Shown here: in pieces, positions 36,897 to 48,369 of the stretch
Numbering within the stretch: the stretch's first letter is position 1
How the letters are laid out: every line of letters starts with the position of its first letter
From: Macrostomum lignano
Lineage: Eukaryota
Length of the DNA: 64,000 bases
NCBI GenBank assembly: GCA_002269645.1
Contig: NIVC01000219.1
Span: 348,262 to 412,261, forward strand
Direction of reading: 5' to 3'
Notes under the pieces: model-generated
Databases searched by the model: none
What the model was told of the DNA's origin: nothing
Seen by the model: only the letters and a program-made list of their open reading frames with translations
Position numbers and translations under genes: made by a program

Positions 36897-37219
36897 CCCG
36901 CGAAGCTTTGCGCTGTACTCTTGTGGAATTGAAATCTCAATCGGAAACGGTACCGCATGAAGTCGTGTGAGTCAATTCGAGGCGTGTTTGTGTATATATT
37001 TAGTAGTATGCGCTGTACTACGATTTGTGTAAGCGAATTCTAAATCTGCACTATTCAAGTTTGATTGTCTAAGAATATTTTATTGTTAATCATTTTTATC
37101 AGAGTTTTTTTTATCTGTCCTGATTTTTATTTCTATATGTATTCAAGTTTGTTAGTGCTTTCTACTCAGATTTGGAGATTATGTGGGAACTAATGATAAT
37201 TTATGATTTGTGACCCAGA

Positions 37220-38515
37220 CTCTTGTCACTGAGATTCTTGTGACTTTTCATACCGATCCCCACTTGACTTGTCACTCAGATCCCCACCTGACTTGTCACT
37301 CAGATCTTCACGTGACTTGTCACTCAGATCCTCACCTGACTTGTCACTCAGATCCCCATGTGACTTGTCACTCAGATCTTCACCTGACTTGTCACTCAGA
37401 TCCTCACCTGACTTGTCACTCAGATCCTCATCTGACTTGTCACTCACATCCCCACCTGACTTGTCACTCAGATCTTCACGTGACTTGTCACTCAGATCCT
37501 CATCTGACTTGTCACTCAGATCCCCACGTGACTTGTCACTCAGATCCCCACTTGACTTGTCACTCAGATCCTCACCTGACTTGTCACTCAGATCCTCATC
37601 TGACTTGTCACTCAGATCCCCACCTGACTTGTCACTCAGATCCCCACCTGACTTGTCACTCAGATCTTCACGTGACTTGTCACTCAGATCCTCATCTGAC
37701 TTGTCACTCAGATCCCCACGTGACTTGTCACTCAGATCCCCACTTGACTTGTCACTCAGATCCCCACCTGACTTGTCACTCAGATCTTCACGTGACTTGT
37801 CACTCAGATCCTCATCTGACTTGTCACTCAGATCCCCACGTGACTTGTCACTCAGATCCCCACTTGACTTGTCACTCAGATCCCCACGTAACTTGTCACT
37901 CAGATCCCCACGTGACTTTTCACACCGATCCCCACTTGACTTGTCACTCAGATCCCCACGTGACTTTTCACACCGATCCCCACTTGACTTGTCACTCAGA
38001 TCCTCACGTGACTTGTCACTCAGATCCCCACTTGACTTGTCACTCAGATCCTCACCTGACCTGACTTGTCACTCAGATCCTCACGTGACTTGCCACTCAG
38101 ATCTTCACGTGATTTGTCACTCAGATCTTTTAGGTGACTTGTCACTCAGATCTTTTAGGTGACCTGTCACTCAGATCTTTTAGGTGACCTGTCACTCAGA
38201 TCTTTTAGGTGACTTGTCACTCAGATCTTTTAGGTGACTTGTCACTCAGATCTTTTAGGTGACTTGTCACTCAGATCTTTTAGTTGACTTGTCACTCAGA
38301 TCTTTTAGGTGACTTGTCACTCAGATCTTTTAGGTGACTTGTCACTCAGATCTTTTAGGTGACTTGTCACTCAGATCTTTTAGGTGACTTGTCACTCAGA
38401 TCTTTTAGGTGACTTGTCACTCAGATCTTTTAGGTGACTTGTCACTCAGATCTTTTAGGTGACTTGTCACTCAGATCTTTTAGGTGACTTGTCAGTCAAA
38501 TCCTCACGTGACTTA
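37220..38515. repeat. 24-bp minisatellite downstream of PIKfyve
   Basis: Unit GACTTGTCACTCAGATCC(T/C)CAC(C/G)T, homogenised to a TCTTTTAGGT variant from about 38120. Confidence 0.95.
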
Positions 38516-39089
38516 TCTAATTAATTCTAATTATATCTAATCACCACTAACGATGGTTCTGGCATATACTCTTTACCTATACTAAATATGCATAAATAAT
38601 CTCGTTACAGCTTCCATGCGTTTGACAAATTGATTAAATTTCGTGAAAACTCACAAACCCCAACCAGTCTGCAGTGTTGTGTTTCCATCAAATTTAATTT
38701 TTTTTTCATATTTTCGCTTTCATATCAAAAATGGAATCTATATTTTAAAGTTGCTATTTTGATTGATTGACAATTTGTCATAATTATTAACTGAAGTTGA
38801 TTAGGTCCAGTGCTTGGTATGAATTTAGAGTTTTTTGTCCAAGTGATGTTGGTCGATAATTATTATTCCATTCACTGGTATTTTTTCCGCTTGTGGCATG
38901 CTCATTTCAAATCATTTGCCGCTAACCTTGTTTAAGCCACTGCTAACTTGAAAATTGCTTTTTTTAAATTAGAATGTGTGATTTTTTATAATTTATTAAA
39001 TTATATTTTTCAGTACAAATGATTCGTTAAACATAAACTGTTTTATTTTCTTTTTTTTGTAACAGCAAAGGTTTCAGTTAAAGGTTTAA

Positions 39090-39915
39090 GATTGCTAATC
39101 CCAACATGGGGTATTATCAGATTGCTAATCCCAACATGGGGATATTATCAGATTGCTAATCCCAACATGGGGTATTATCAGATTGCTAATCCCAACATGG
39201 GGATATTATCAGATTGCTAATCCCAACATGGGGATATTTTCAGATTGCTAATCCCAACATGGGGATATTATCAGATTGCTAATCCCATCATGGGGATATT
39301 ATCAGATTGCTAATCCCAACATGGGATATTATCAGATTGCTAATCCCAACATGGGATATTATCAGATTGCTAATCCCAACATGGGGATATTATCGGATTG
39401 CTAATCCCATCATGGGGATATTATCAGATTGCTAATCCCAACATGGGATATTATCAGATTGCTAATCCCAACATGGGGTATTATCAGATTGCTAATCCCA
39501 ACATGGGGATATTATCAGATTGCTAATCCCAACATGGGGATATTTTCAGATTGCTAATCCCAACATGGGGATATTATCAGATTGCTAATCCCATCATGGG
39601 GATATTATCAGATTGCTAATCCCAACATGGGATATTATCAGATTGCTAATCCCAACATGGGATATTATCAGATTGCTAATCCCAACATGGGGATATTATC
39701 GGATTGCTAATCCCATCATGGGGATATTATCAGATTGCTAATCCCAACATGGGATATTATCAGATTGCTAATCCCAACATGGGGTATTATCAGATTGCTA
39801 ATCCCAACATGGGGATATTATCAGATTGCTAATCCCAACATGGGGATATTATCAGATTGCTAATCCCATCATGGGGATATTATCAGATTGCTAATCCCAT
39901 CATGGGGATATTTTC
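39090..39915. repeat. 31-bp minisatellite immediately upstream of the NUP35 acceptor
   Basis: Unit ATTGCTAATCCCAACATGGGGATATTATCAG. Confidence 0.95.
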
Positions 39916-39940
39916 AAACAAGCTCCTCATCTCCCCGCAG

Positions 39941-41173
39941 GAGCCGATGCTGATTTCTCCTCTTCAGGCGCAGCAGCAGCAGCATTCGCTGGCCTCCGCC
40001 GCAGGTCACCTCAGCCCCTCCTCGCCGCCACCACCCATGGCAGCGGCAGGCTACATGCCGGGCTATCTGCTAGATGAAGCTTGGAACTCGCCAGCTGGAG
40101 CCCAAGCCGCCGGAAGCTATTACAGTGCGGCCGCGGTGCCCCCGGGTTCGAATCCTGGCCAGCTGCACTATTATCAGCAGCAGCAACAGCAGGCCCATTG
40201 GATGCTGTCTGGCGGTCCTGGGTTCGCTTCGCCGATGCACCAGCAGCAGCAGCTGGCATTGTCAACCGGTCACTATGGCAACCAGCAGTCTTCGTCGGCT
40301 TCGCCAATTCGAACTTCGCCCCCGTCGCCAAGACAATCGCTAACGGCAATGACTTCGGCGTCGGCTGCTGCTGCTGGCAGTCAGAAACGGCAGCCGCCGC
40401 CCACAACCAGCCTGTGGGCTCTGCAGCAGCAGCAGCAGCAGCAGCAACCTCCCCCTCCGCCGCCTCCACCACCGCCACCGCCCTCTCAAACCAGCACCCC
40501 GGTTCGTCCTGGGCTTCGCAACCATCCACAGCAGCAGCAGCAGCAGCAGCAGCAGTTCTTCTCTCCTGCAGCCAGCCTCAATAATCCTCTGGACACTTCA
40601 GCAGCGGCAGGAGCCGCAGGCGCTAACACAGACGATGGCACCTGGGTGACGGTGTTCGGGTTCCCGTCTGGCTCGGTCAGCTTCGTGCTGCAGCAGCTGG
40701 CTCAGTGCGGTCGCATCGAACGGCACACGGCTCCAGCTGGCGGCGGCGCCAACTGGGTGCACGTGAAGTTCCAGAACCGAGTGCAGGCTAGGCGGGCCCT
40801 GTGCCGCAATGGCCGGGTGCTCAGCGCCAACTGCATGATCGGCGTGCAGCCCTGCCAGGACCCGGCCGCGGCAGCTGACACCTCGGTGCCGGCCGCCATC
40901 TCCGGTACGCCGCTGGCTGAGCAGAACCAGCAGCATCAGTCGAATTTGAACGCCACGGCAGCCAATCAGAGCGCCAACTGCTCGTCCATGCGCTCATTGG
41001 CTGTGAGCCGGCTGGGCACTCCGGCTGCCTCCGCTGCCGTAGCCGGGGTCGCCGCTGGAACTCCGAGGTCAACTAAGATTTCCGCTTCCACGTCCGCTGT
41101 TGATGGCAGTCGGGTGCTGAGAGAGAATCCAGGACTGCTCAATAAGGCCATCAGCTATATGTTCGGCTGGTGA
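39941..41173 (+). CDS. NUP35: Nucleoporin NUP35/NUP53 (MPPN/RRM domain)
   Basis: Acceptor ccccgcag at 39940, then EPMLISP (first ATG 39947). YMPGYLL N-terminal motif. RRM DDGTWVTVFGFP..VLQQLAQCGRI..NWVHVKFQNRVQARRALCRNGRVL..MIGVQPC. C-terminal amphipathic GLLNKAISYMFGW*. The ORF-track start at 39857 lies in the repeat and is spurious. Confidence 0.95.
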   Translation, partial: EPMLISPLQAQQQQHSLASAAGHLSPSSPPPPMAAAGYMPGYLLDEAWNSPAGAQAAGSYYSAAAVPPGSNPGQLHYYQQQQQQAHWMLSGGPGFASPMHQQQQLALSTGHYGNQQSSSASPIRTSPPSPRQSLTAMTSASAAAAGSQKRQPPPTTSLWALQQQQQQQQPPPPPPPPPPPPSQTSTPVRPGLRNHPQQQQQQQQQFFSPAASLNNPLDTSAAAGAAGANTDDGTWVTVFGFPSGSVSFVLQQLAQCGRIERHTAPAGGGANWVHVKFQNRVQARRALCRNGRVLSANCMIGVQPCQDPAAAADTSVPAAISGTPLAEQNQQHQSNLNATAANQSANCSSMRSLAVSRLGTPAASAAVAGVAAGTPRSTKISASTSAVDGSRVLRENPGLLNKAISYMFGW

Positions 41174-41214
41174 AAGCAGTGCATGTTTCTAGGTTATGCT
41201 GTTGGGGATTAACC

Positions 41215-41835
41215 ACGTGTCTCACTAATCCCTGAGATCCCATGTCTCACTTATCCCTGAAATCCCATCTCTCACTAATCCCGGAGATCCCATCTCTCAC
41301 TAATCCCTGAGATCCCATGTCTCACTTATCCCTGAGATCCCATCTCTCACTTATCCCTGAGATCCCATCTCTCACTAATCCCTGAAATCCCATCTCTCAC
41401 TTATCCCTGATGTCTCATCTTTCACTTATCCCTGAAATCCCATCTCTCACTAATCCCTGAGATCCCATCTCTGATTTATCCTTGATGTCTCATCTCTCAC
41501 TAATCCCTGAGATCCCATCTCTCACTAGTCCCTGAGATCCCATCTCTCACTTATCCCTGAGATCCCATCTCTCACTTATCCCTGAGATCCCATCTCTCAC
41601 TTATCCCTGAGATCCCATCTCTCACTTATCCCTGAGATCCCATCTCTCACTAATCCCTGAGATCCCATCTCTCACTTATGCCTGAAATCCCATCTCCCAC
41701 TAATCCCTGAAATCCCATCTCTCACTAATCCCTGAAATCCCATCTCTCACTAATCCCTGAAATCCCATCTCTCACTTATCCCTGATGTCTCATCTCTCAT
41801 TAATCCCTGAGATCCCATCTCTCAGTAATCCCTAA
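41215..41835. repeat. 25-bp minisatellite just 3' of the NUP35 stop
   Basis: Unit (A/T)ATCCCTGAGATCCCATCTCTCACT. Confidence 0.95.
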
Positions 41836-42489
41836 TTTAATTTCGTATTTAAATCCTAAAATTATACCTATACAACTATTTATTATATTCCATGGTTTGT
41901 TAAACACATAGGCTTATAATATTGATAATAAACAGTTTACCAAAGAATCGCTTAAACCCATTCTGCCATTCATGCGATCGCTTAACTTATTCATTGCAAT
42001 GTTTTTTAATAAAGTCGTGCCAATAAAATTGCGGAATCTTGTCAACAATCATTTTCATTGTCAGTTTCGCATTGTAAAGTACAGAATGTACTAAATGTTC
42101 CATCCGCCAGTTTCATATAATGGTATTTATTATATTAGCAATCGTGCATAACAGCGATTAAATAGGGTTCAGCTCGACTTTGAATGAGTTTTATTTTGTA
42201 ACACAGTTTTTTATTTGTTTATATTTATCCACGATTTATAAAATATGCCAAGCTGCTCTGGGCCGAGTTGTCGGTGTTTTATTTGAATAATTATCGGAAT
42301 AAATCGATAGTTGACCTGTTGAGTCTGTTTTGGGGCAAATTTTGCCCCGCAGTTTGCTCAGCGGCTTCGGTTTCCAAACTGCTTGAAGTTCTCGATGAAA
42401 GAAAAAATCGATAAAACTATTTTTTAAACGGTGAAATCACTTGTGTTACTGGGTTCGTTTTTTACAGGGGCTTGTGTCTTTGCCTGATG

Positions 42490-42632
42490 TCTGTGTGTCT
42501 GTTTGTCTCTCTGTCTGTCCGTCTGTCTGTCTGTCGTCTGTCTGTGTCTGTCTGTCTGTCTGTCTTTTTGTCTGTCCGTCTGTCTTTGTCTCTCCGTTTG
42601 TCCGTCTGTGTATATCTGTCTGTCTGTCTGAC
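42490..42632. repeat. Degenerate (TCTG)n tract
   Basis: Direct inspection. Confidence 0.85.
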
Positions 42633-42918
42633 CGACGCCTGCCGAGTCCTTTATTTCCTATCTGCTGGATTGCATATGCAATAAAATGTCACCCTGGGCT
42701 GCATGCTTTTTCTGCTAAACGGGACTGCAACATCTGGAGAATTGCCTGGTCGAGATAAGTGCAGCAGTTTTGGTAGCTTTTTTAGTTGCTAAGACAATTT
42801 TGTCACGCACTTGAGCACCTGATAAACTGCCATGGAGGTGTGTTAACAACCTCTATTTAAACACAAACAACTTTTTGGTATTGAGTATTGTTTCTTTGGA
42901 AGAATATTTATTGAGAAC

Positions 42919-45900
42919 ATGCTGTGGATTGCTGCAGTTGTAGCCATAGGTAAGTCGCTGTATTTTTATAACTACTGATTACATGTAGGTTATTCGATTG
43001 CCGCTCCAGTGCAGGTGGGTTTCACTAAAACCTATTCTAGTGCTGGATGTACTTTTAACACAGGAGTGCTACGTGTGATTTAAGCATCCCTGTTACTTTA
43101 AGTATCCTTTATACATGTACCACTTAGGGTACCCTGACACACTTCAAGCACACCTAACACACTTCAATCGCACCTGACATACTTAAAGCACACCTGACAC
43201 ACTTCAAGCACACCTCACACACTTAAAGCACACCTGACACACTTCAATCGCACCTGACATACTTAAAGCACACCTGACACACTTCAAGCACACCTCACAC
43301 ACTTAAAGCACACCTGACACACTTCAAGCACACCTGACACACTTCAAGCACACCTAACACACTTCAATCGCACCTGACATACTTAAAGCACACCTGACAC
43401 ACTTCAAGCACACCTCACACACTTAAAGCACACCTGACACACTTCAAGCACACCTGACACACTTCAAGCACACTTGGCACACTTCAGTCGCACCTGACAC
43501 CCGTCAATCAAAAACCCATACAGCCCTGGCCTCAGTGCCCGGCGCCGCGCCCTACAAAAACCCCAACTGCGACGGCAACCGTCACGTGGTTGTGCACCTG
43601 TTCGAATGGCGCTGGAACGACATTGCGGACGAGTGCGAACGATTTCTCGGCCCCTACGGCTACTGCGGAGTGCAGGTGTCTCCCCCTAATGAGCACCGCA
43701 TAGTGACCAGCCCCTACAGGCCCTGGTGGGAGCGCTACCAGCCTGTCAGCTACATCCTGGTCAGCCGGTCCGGAAATGAGCAGGAGTTCAAAAACATGGT
43801 GGAAAAGTGCAACCGCAATGGGGTTCGGTGAGGGCATTGCGATTGAACTTCCACATTGGCTTGACTTCTGCCTTTGAAGAAAGGAGAGTAGAGAGAGGAG
43901 AGTAGAGAGAGGAGAGTAGAGAGAGGAGAGTAGAGAGAGGAGAGTAGAGAGAGGAGAGTAGAGAGAGGGGAGTAGAGAGAGGACAGTAGAGAGATGATAG
44001 TAGAGAGAAGAGAGTAGAGAGAGGGGAGTAGAGAGAGGACAGTAGAGAGAGGAGAGTAGAGAGAGGAGAGTAGAGAGAGGAGAGTAGAGAGAGGAGAGTA
44101 GAGAGAGGAGAGTAGAGAGAGGAGAGTAGAGAGAGGGGAGTAGAGAGATGATAGTAGAGAGAAGAGAGTAAAAAGAGGAGAGTAGAGAGAGGGGAGTAGA
44201 GAGAGGAGAGTAGCCAGAGGGGAGTAGACAGAGGAGAGGACAGACAGAAGAGTAGAGATATGAGAGTAGAGAAATGAGAGATAAGAGTAGAGAAGACACA
44301 GGAGAGTAGATGTATAATGTGGATATTAACTCGTCTTAACGAGTCTTACGTCTTACGTATTAACTCGTAACAGGGGAAATCGTTAAACTAATCGGATTGT
44401 GAAAATAAAACTCAGATTCTGATCAATAAAATCTGCCGATATGTATCGAAAGAGCAATAACTTGACCTCCACAGCATCTACGTGGACGCTGTCATCAACC
44501 ACATGGCGGGCGTGGGCGTCAGCGGTCGCGGCACCGCAGGCTCCTATTACGACTCGGGTAGGCAGGACTTCCCCGGAGTGCCCTACAGCGACTGGGACTT
44601 CAACGGGCGCGGCCAGTGCTCCACCGCCAGCTTGAACATCGAGAACTATCACGACCCGGTGCAAGTGCGCAACTGCAGACTTGTGGGCCTGACTGACCTG
44701 CAGACTGGCAAGGACTATGTGCAGCGGAGCATCGCCGGGTACCTCAATAAGCTGGTGAGGACTACTGTAGCATAACGGGTTGGGGAACAGGTGAATGGGG
44801 GAACGAATGACAGATGATCCGTGGAACAGGTGTGAACAGGGGAACAGGTGAACAGGTGAACGGGGGAACAGGTGAACAGGGAAACAGGTGAACAGGTGAA
44901 CGGGGGAACAGGTGAACAAGGAAACAGGTGAACAGGTGAACGGGGGAACAGGTGAACAGGGGAACAGGTGAACAGGTGAACGAGGAACAGGTGAACAGGG
45001 GAACAGATGAACAGGGGAACAGGTGAACAGGGGAACAGGTGAACAGGAAACAGGTGAACAGGGAAACAGGTGAACAGGGGAACAGGTGAACAGGTGAACA
45101 GGTGAACAGGGGAACAGGGGAACATGTGAACAGGTGAACTGGGGAACAGGTGAACAGGTGAAAAAGGGAACAACAGGTGAACAGGGGAACAGGTGAACAG
45201 GGGAACAGGTGAACAGGTGAACAGGTGAACAGGGGAACAGGTGAACGGGGGAACAGGTGAACAGGGGAACAACAGGTGAACAGGGGAACAAAATACAGTG
45301 ATCAGGCTAGAAGCGGACCAACAGAACCGAAACTCGCCCATAAAAACCCGCAGGTGGACATCGGAGTTGCCGGCTTCCGCATCGACGCGGCCAAGCACAT
45401 GTGGCCGGACCACCTCCGCGGCATTCTCGGCCGGGTGAACAACCTGAACTCGCGCTACTTCGGCACCGGCAAGAGGCCCTTCGTCTATCAGGAGGTCATC
45501 GACCTGGGCGGTGAGCCGATCAAGAACTCCGAGTACACCCCGATCGCCAGGGTCACCGAGTTCAACTATGGAGCCCACCTGAGCAGGGCCTTCAGCAAGC
45601 ACTACCCGCTGAAGAACCTGCAGAACTTCGGCGAGCAGTGGGGACTCATCCACAGCAACGATGCCATGGGATTTATCGATAATCACGACAACCAGGTGAT
45701 GGGCGTTCACGTGTGTCTAACAGTTTGCGATTTTGTCTAACAGTTAGCGATTGTGTCTAACAGTTTGTGATTGTGTCTAACAGTAAGCGATTGTGTCTAA
45801 CAGTTTGTGATTGTGTCTAACAGTTTGCGATTGTGTCTAACAGTTAGCGATTGTGTCTAACAGTTAGCGATTGTGTCTAACAGTTAGCGATTGTGTCTAA

Positions 45901-47492
45901 CAGTTTGCGATTGTGTCTAACAGTTTGCGATTGTGTCTAACAGTTCGTTGTGTCTAACAGTTTGCGATTGTGTCTAACAGTTCGTTGTGTCTAACAGTTT
46001 GCGATTGTGTCTAACAGTTAGCGATTGTGTCTAACAGTTAGCGATTGTGTCTAACAGTAAGCGATTGTGTCTAACAGTTTGTGATTGTGTCTAACAGTTA
46101 GCGATTGTGTCTAACAGTTAACGATTGTGTCTAACAGTAAGCGATTGTGTCTAACAGTTAGCGATTGTGTCTAACAGTTAGCGATTGTGTCTAACAGTAA
46201 GCGATTGTGTCTAACAGTTTGTGATTGTGTCTAACAGTAAGCGATTGTGTCTAACAGTTTGTGATTGTATCTAACAGTTAGCGATTGTGTCTAACAGTTA
46301 GCGATTGTGTCTAACAGTTAGCGATTGTGTCTAACAGTTAGCGATTGTGTCTAACAGTAAGCGATTGTGTCTAACAGTTTGTGATTGTGTCTAACAGTTA
46401 GCGATTGTGTCTAACAGTTAACGATTGTGTCTAACAGTAAGCGATTGTGTCTAACAGTAAGCGATTGTGTCTAACAGTTTGTGATTGTATCTAACAGTAA
46501 GCGATTGTGTCTAACAGTAAGCGATTGTGTCTAACAGTAAGCGATTGTGTCTAACAGTTTGTGATTGTGTCTAACAGTTAGCGATTGTGTCTAACAGTTA
46601 GCGATTGTGTCTAACAGTAAGCGATTGTGTCTAACAGTTAGCGATTGTGTCTAACAGTTTGTGATTGTGTCTAACAGTTAGCGATTGTGTCTAACAGTTA
46701 GCGATTGTGTCTAACAGTTAGCGATTGTGTCTAACAGTTAGCGATTGTGTCTAACAGTTAGCGATTGTGTCTAACAGTTAGCGATTGTGTCTAACAGTGA
46801 TTTTCCCTAAAGGATTAATCAGCATAAGTATCTAACAGGTGTTACACAAGTATCTAACAGTGCTATCTAGGATGTCTAACAGCCGCAAAACCACTCCCAA
46901 CTCCCCTCAGCGAGGTCACGGAGGTGGCGGCGCCATCCTCACCTTCCGCCAGTCGAAGATGTACAAAGCGGCGACAGCCTTCGCTTTGGCTCATCCGTAC
47001 GGCTTCCTGAAGATCATGAGCAGCTACCACTGGGACCAGCGCATCGAGAACGGCAAGGACAAGAACGACTGGATCGGACCGCCTGCCTACGGAGACGGCA
47101 CCACCAAGCCTGTGCCGATCAACCCCGACCTCACCTGCGGCGACGGCTGGATCTGCGAGCATCGTTGGCGTCAGATCTACGGCATGGTGAAGTTCCGGAA
47201 TGTGGTGTCGGGCACCGGCCTGAACAACTGGTGGGACAGCGGCAGCCACCAGATCGCCTTCTCCAGAGGCAACCGCGGCTTCGTGGCCTTCACTCTGGGC
47301 GGCGACCTCAGGACCAGCATTCGGTCCGGCATGGCTGACGGCAGCTACTGCGATGTCATCAGCGGCGCCAAGGTGAACGGCAGGTGCACCGGCAAGACTG
47401 TCAGCGTTAGCGGCGGCGGCTGGGTGAATGTGCAGCTCGGCCAGAGCGAGGACGACGCCGTGTTGGCCATTCACGCCGAGTCCAAGCTGTAG
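42919..47492 (+). CDS. AMY: Animal-type alpha-amylase (GH13), secreted, 5 exons
   Basis: Exons 42919-42949, 43524-43827, 44475-44754, 45354-45695, 46911-47492. Signal peptide [17 protein letters not shown]. Motifs [72 protein letters not shown]; catalytic D/E/D intact. Confidence 0.97.
43130..43500. repeat. 20-bp minisatellite, amylase intron 1
   Basis: Unit CACACCTGACACACTTCAAG. Confidence 0.95.
43880..44310. repeat. 14-bp purine-rich minisatellite, amylase intron 2
   Basis: Unit GAGAGAGGAGAGTA. Confidence 0.95.
44780..45295. repeat. 8-9-bp repeat, amylase intron 3
   Basis: GAACAGGT and GAACAGGGG units. Confidence 0.95.
45712..46797. repeat. 20-bp minisatellite (about 54 copies), amylase intron 4
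   Basis: Unit TGTGTCTAACAGT(T/A)AGCGAT. Confidence 0.95.
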
Positions 47493-47499
47493 TGACTCA

Positions 47500-47963
47500 G
47501 ATTGATTTATTGATTTATTAGTTGATTGATTGGTTGATTGATTGATTGATTGATGGATGGATTGATTGATTGATTGCTTGATTGATTAACTGATTGATTG
47601 ATGATTGATTGATTGATTGCTTGATTGATTAATTGATTGCTTGATTGATTAACTGATTGATTGATGATTGATTGATTGATTGCTTGATTGATTAATTGAT
47701 TGATTGATTGATTAATTGATTGATTGATGATTGATTGATTGATTGGTTGATTGATTGATTGATTAATTGATTGATTGATTGATTGATCGATCGATTGATT
47801 CATTCATGGATTGATTGATTGATTGATTGATTGATTGACTGCTTGATTGCTTGATTGATTAATTGATTGCTTGATTGATTAATTGATTGATTGATTAATT
47901 GATTGATTGATGATTGATTGATTGATGATTGATTGATTGATTGATGGATTGATTAATTGATTA

Positions 47964-47998
<35 letters not shown>

Positions 47999-47999
47999 A

Positions 48000-48045
<46 letters not shown>

Positions 48046-48125
48046 CGATTGATTGATCGATTGATTGATCGATTGATTGATTGATTGATTGATAACAATT
48101 GATTGATTGATTGATTGATTGACTG
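47500..48125. repeat. (GATT)n microsatellite immediately after the amylase stop
   Basis: Direct inspection. Confidence 0.95.
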
Positions 48126-48369
48126 ATAAAAACAAATAAATAAATACAGAACCGAAACTCGGTTGCTTGTCAGCGCCATACGATTCTTAACAATAAATAA
48201 ATGTCATTCATCTGCGATTTTAATTCTTTATTGATTCTGCACAAGTTTTCCTGTATAGTTCCAAGCCATAGGGATTCGAACAGAAGTAGAGAAGAAATCT
48301 GTTAGAGTTTTGCACTTCAGTTAAAAAAGCCGATCGGGACAATGGCCAGTCATTTGACTTTATCTGAGT

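Noticed and set aside
22398-38162. Long ORFs inside PIKfyve intronic and flanking repeats (e.g. 26361-26963, 27850-29435, 30137-30712, 33105-33697, 35121-36454, 37210-38162)
   Set aside because: They are translations of stop-free tandem units within GT-AG introns or 3' flank; the spliced PIKfyve model is complete without them.
39090-39915. CRISPR-like appearance of 24-41-bp repeats here and elsewhere
   Set aside because: Repeats are head-to-tail with no unique spacers, no cas genes, and the context is eukaryotic.
42328-42350. Palindrome GGGGCAAATTTTGCCCC upstream of amylase
   Set aside because: Could belong to a MITE or regulatory site, but no TIR/TSD pair or other support could be defined.
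43532-45710. Minus-strand ORFs opposite amylase (255, 302, 331 aa)
   Set aside because: Antisense shadows of GC-rich exons joined to repeat translations.
47500-48125. (GATT)n and (GGGAT)n tracts as telomere remnants
   Set aside because: Units do not match TTAGGG-type telomeric repeats; ordinary microsatellites.
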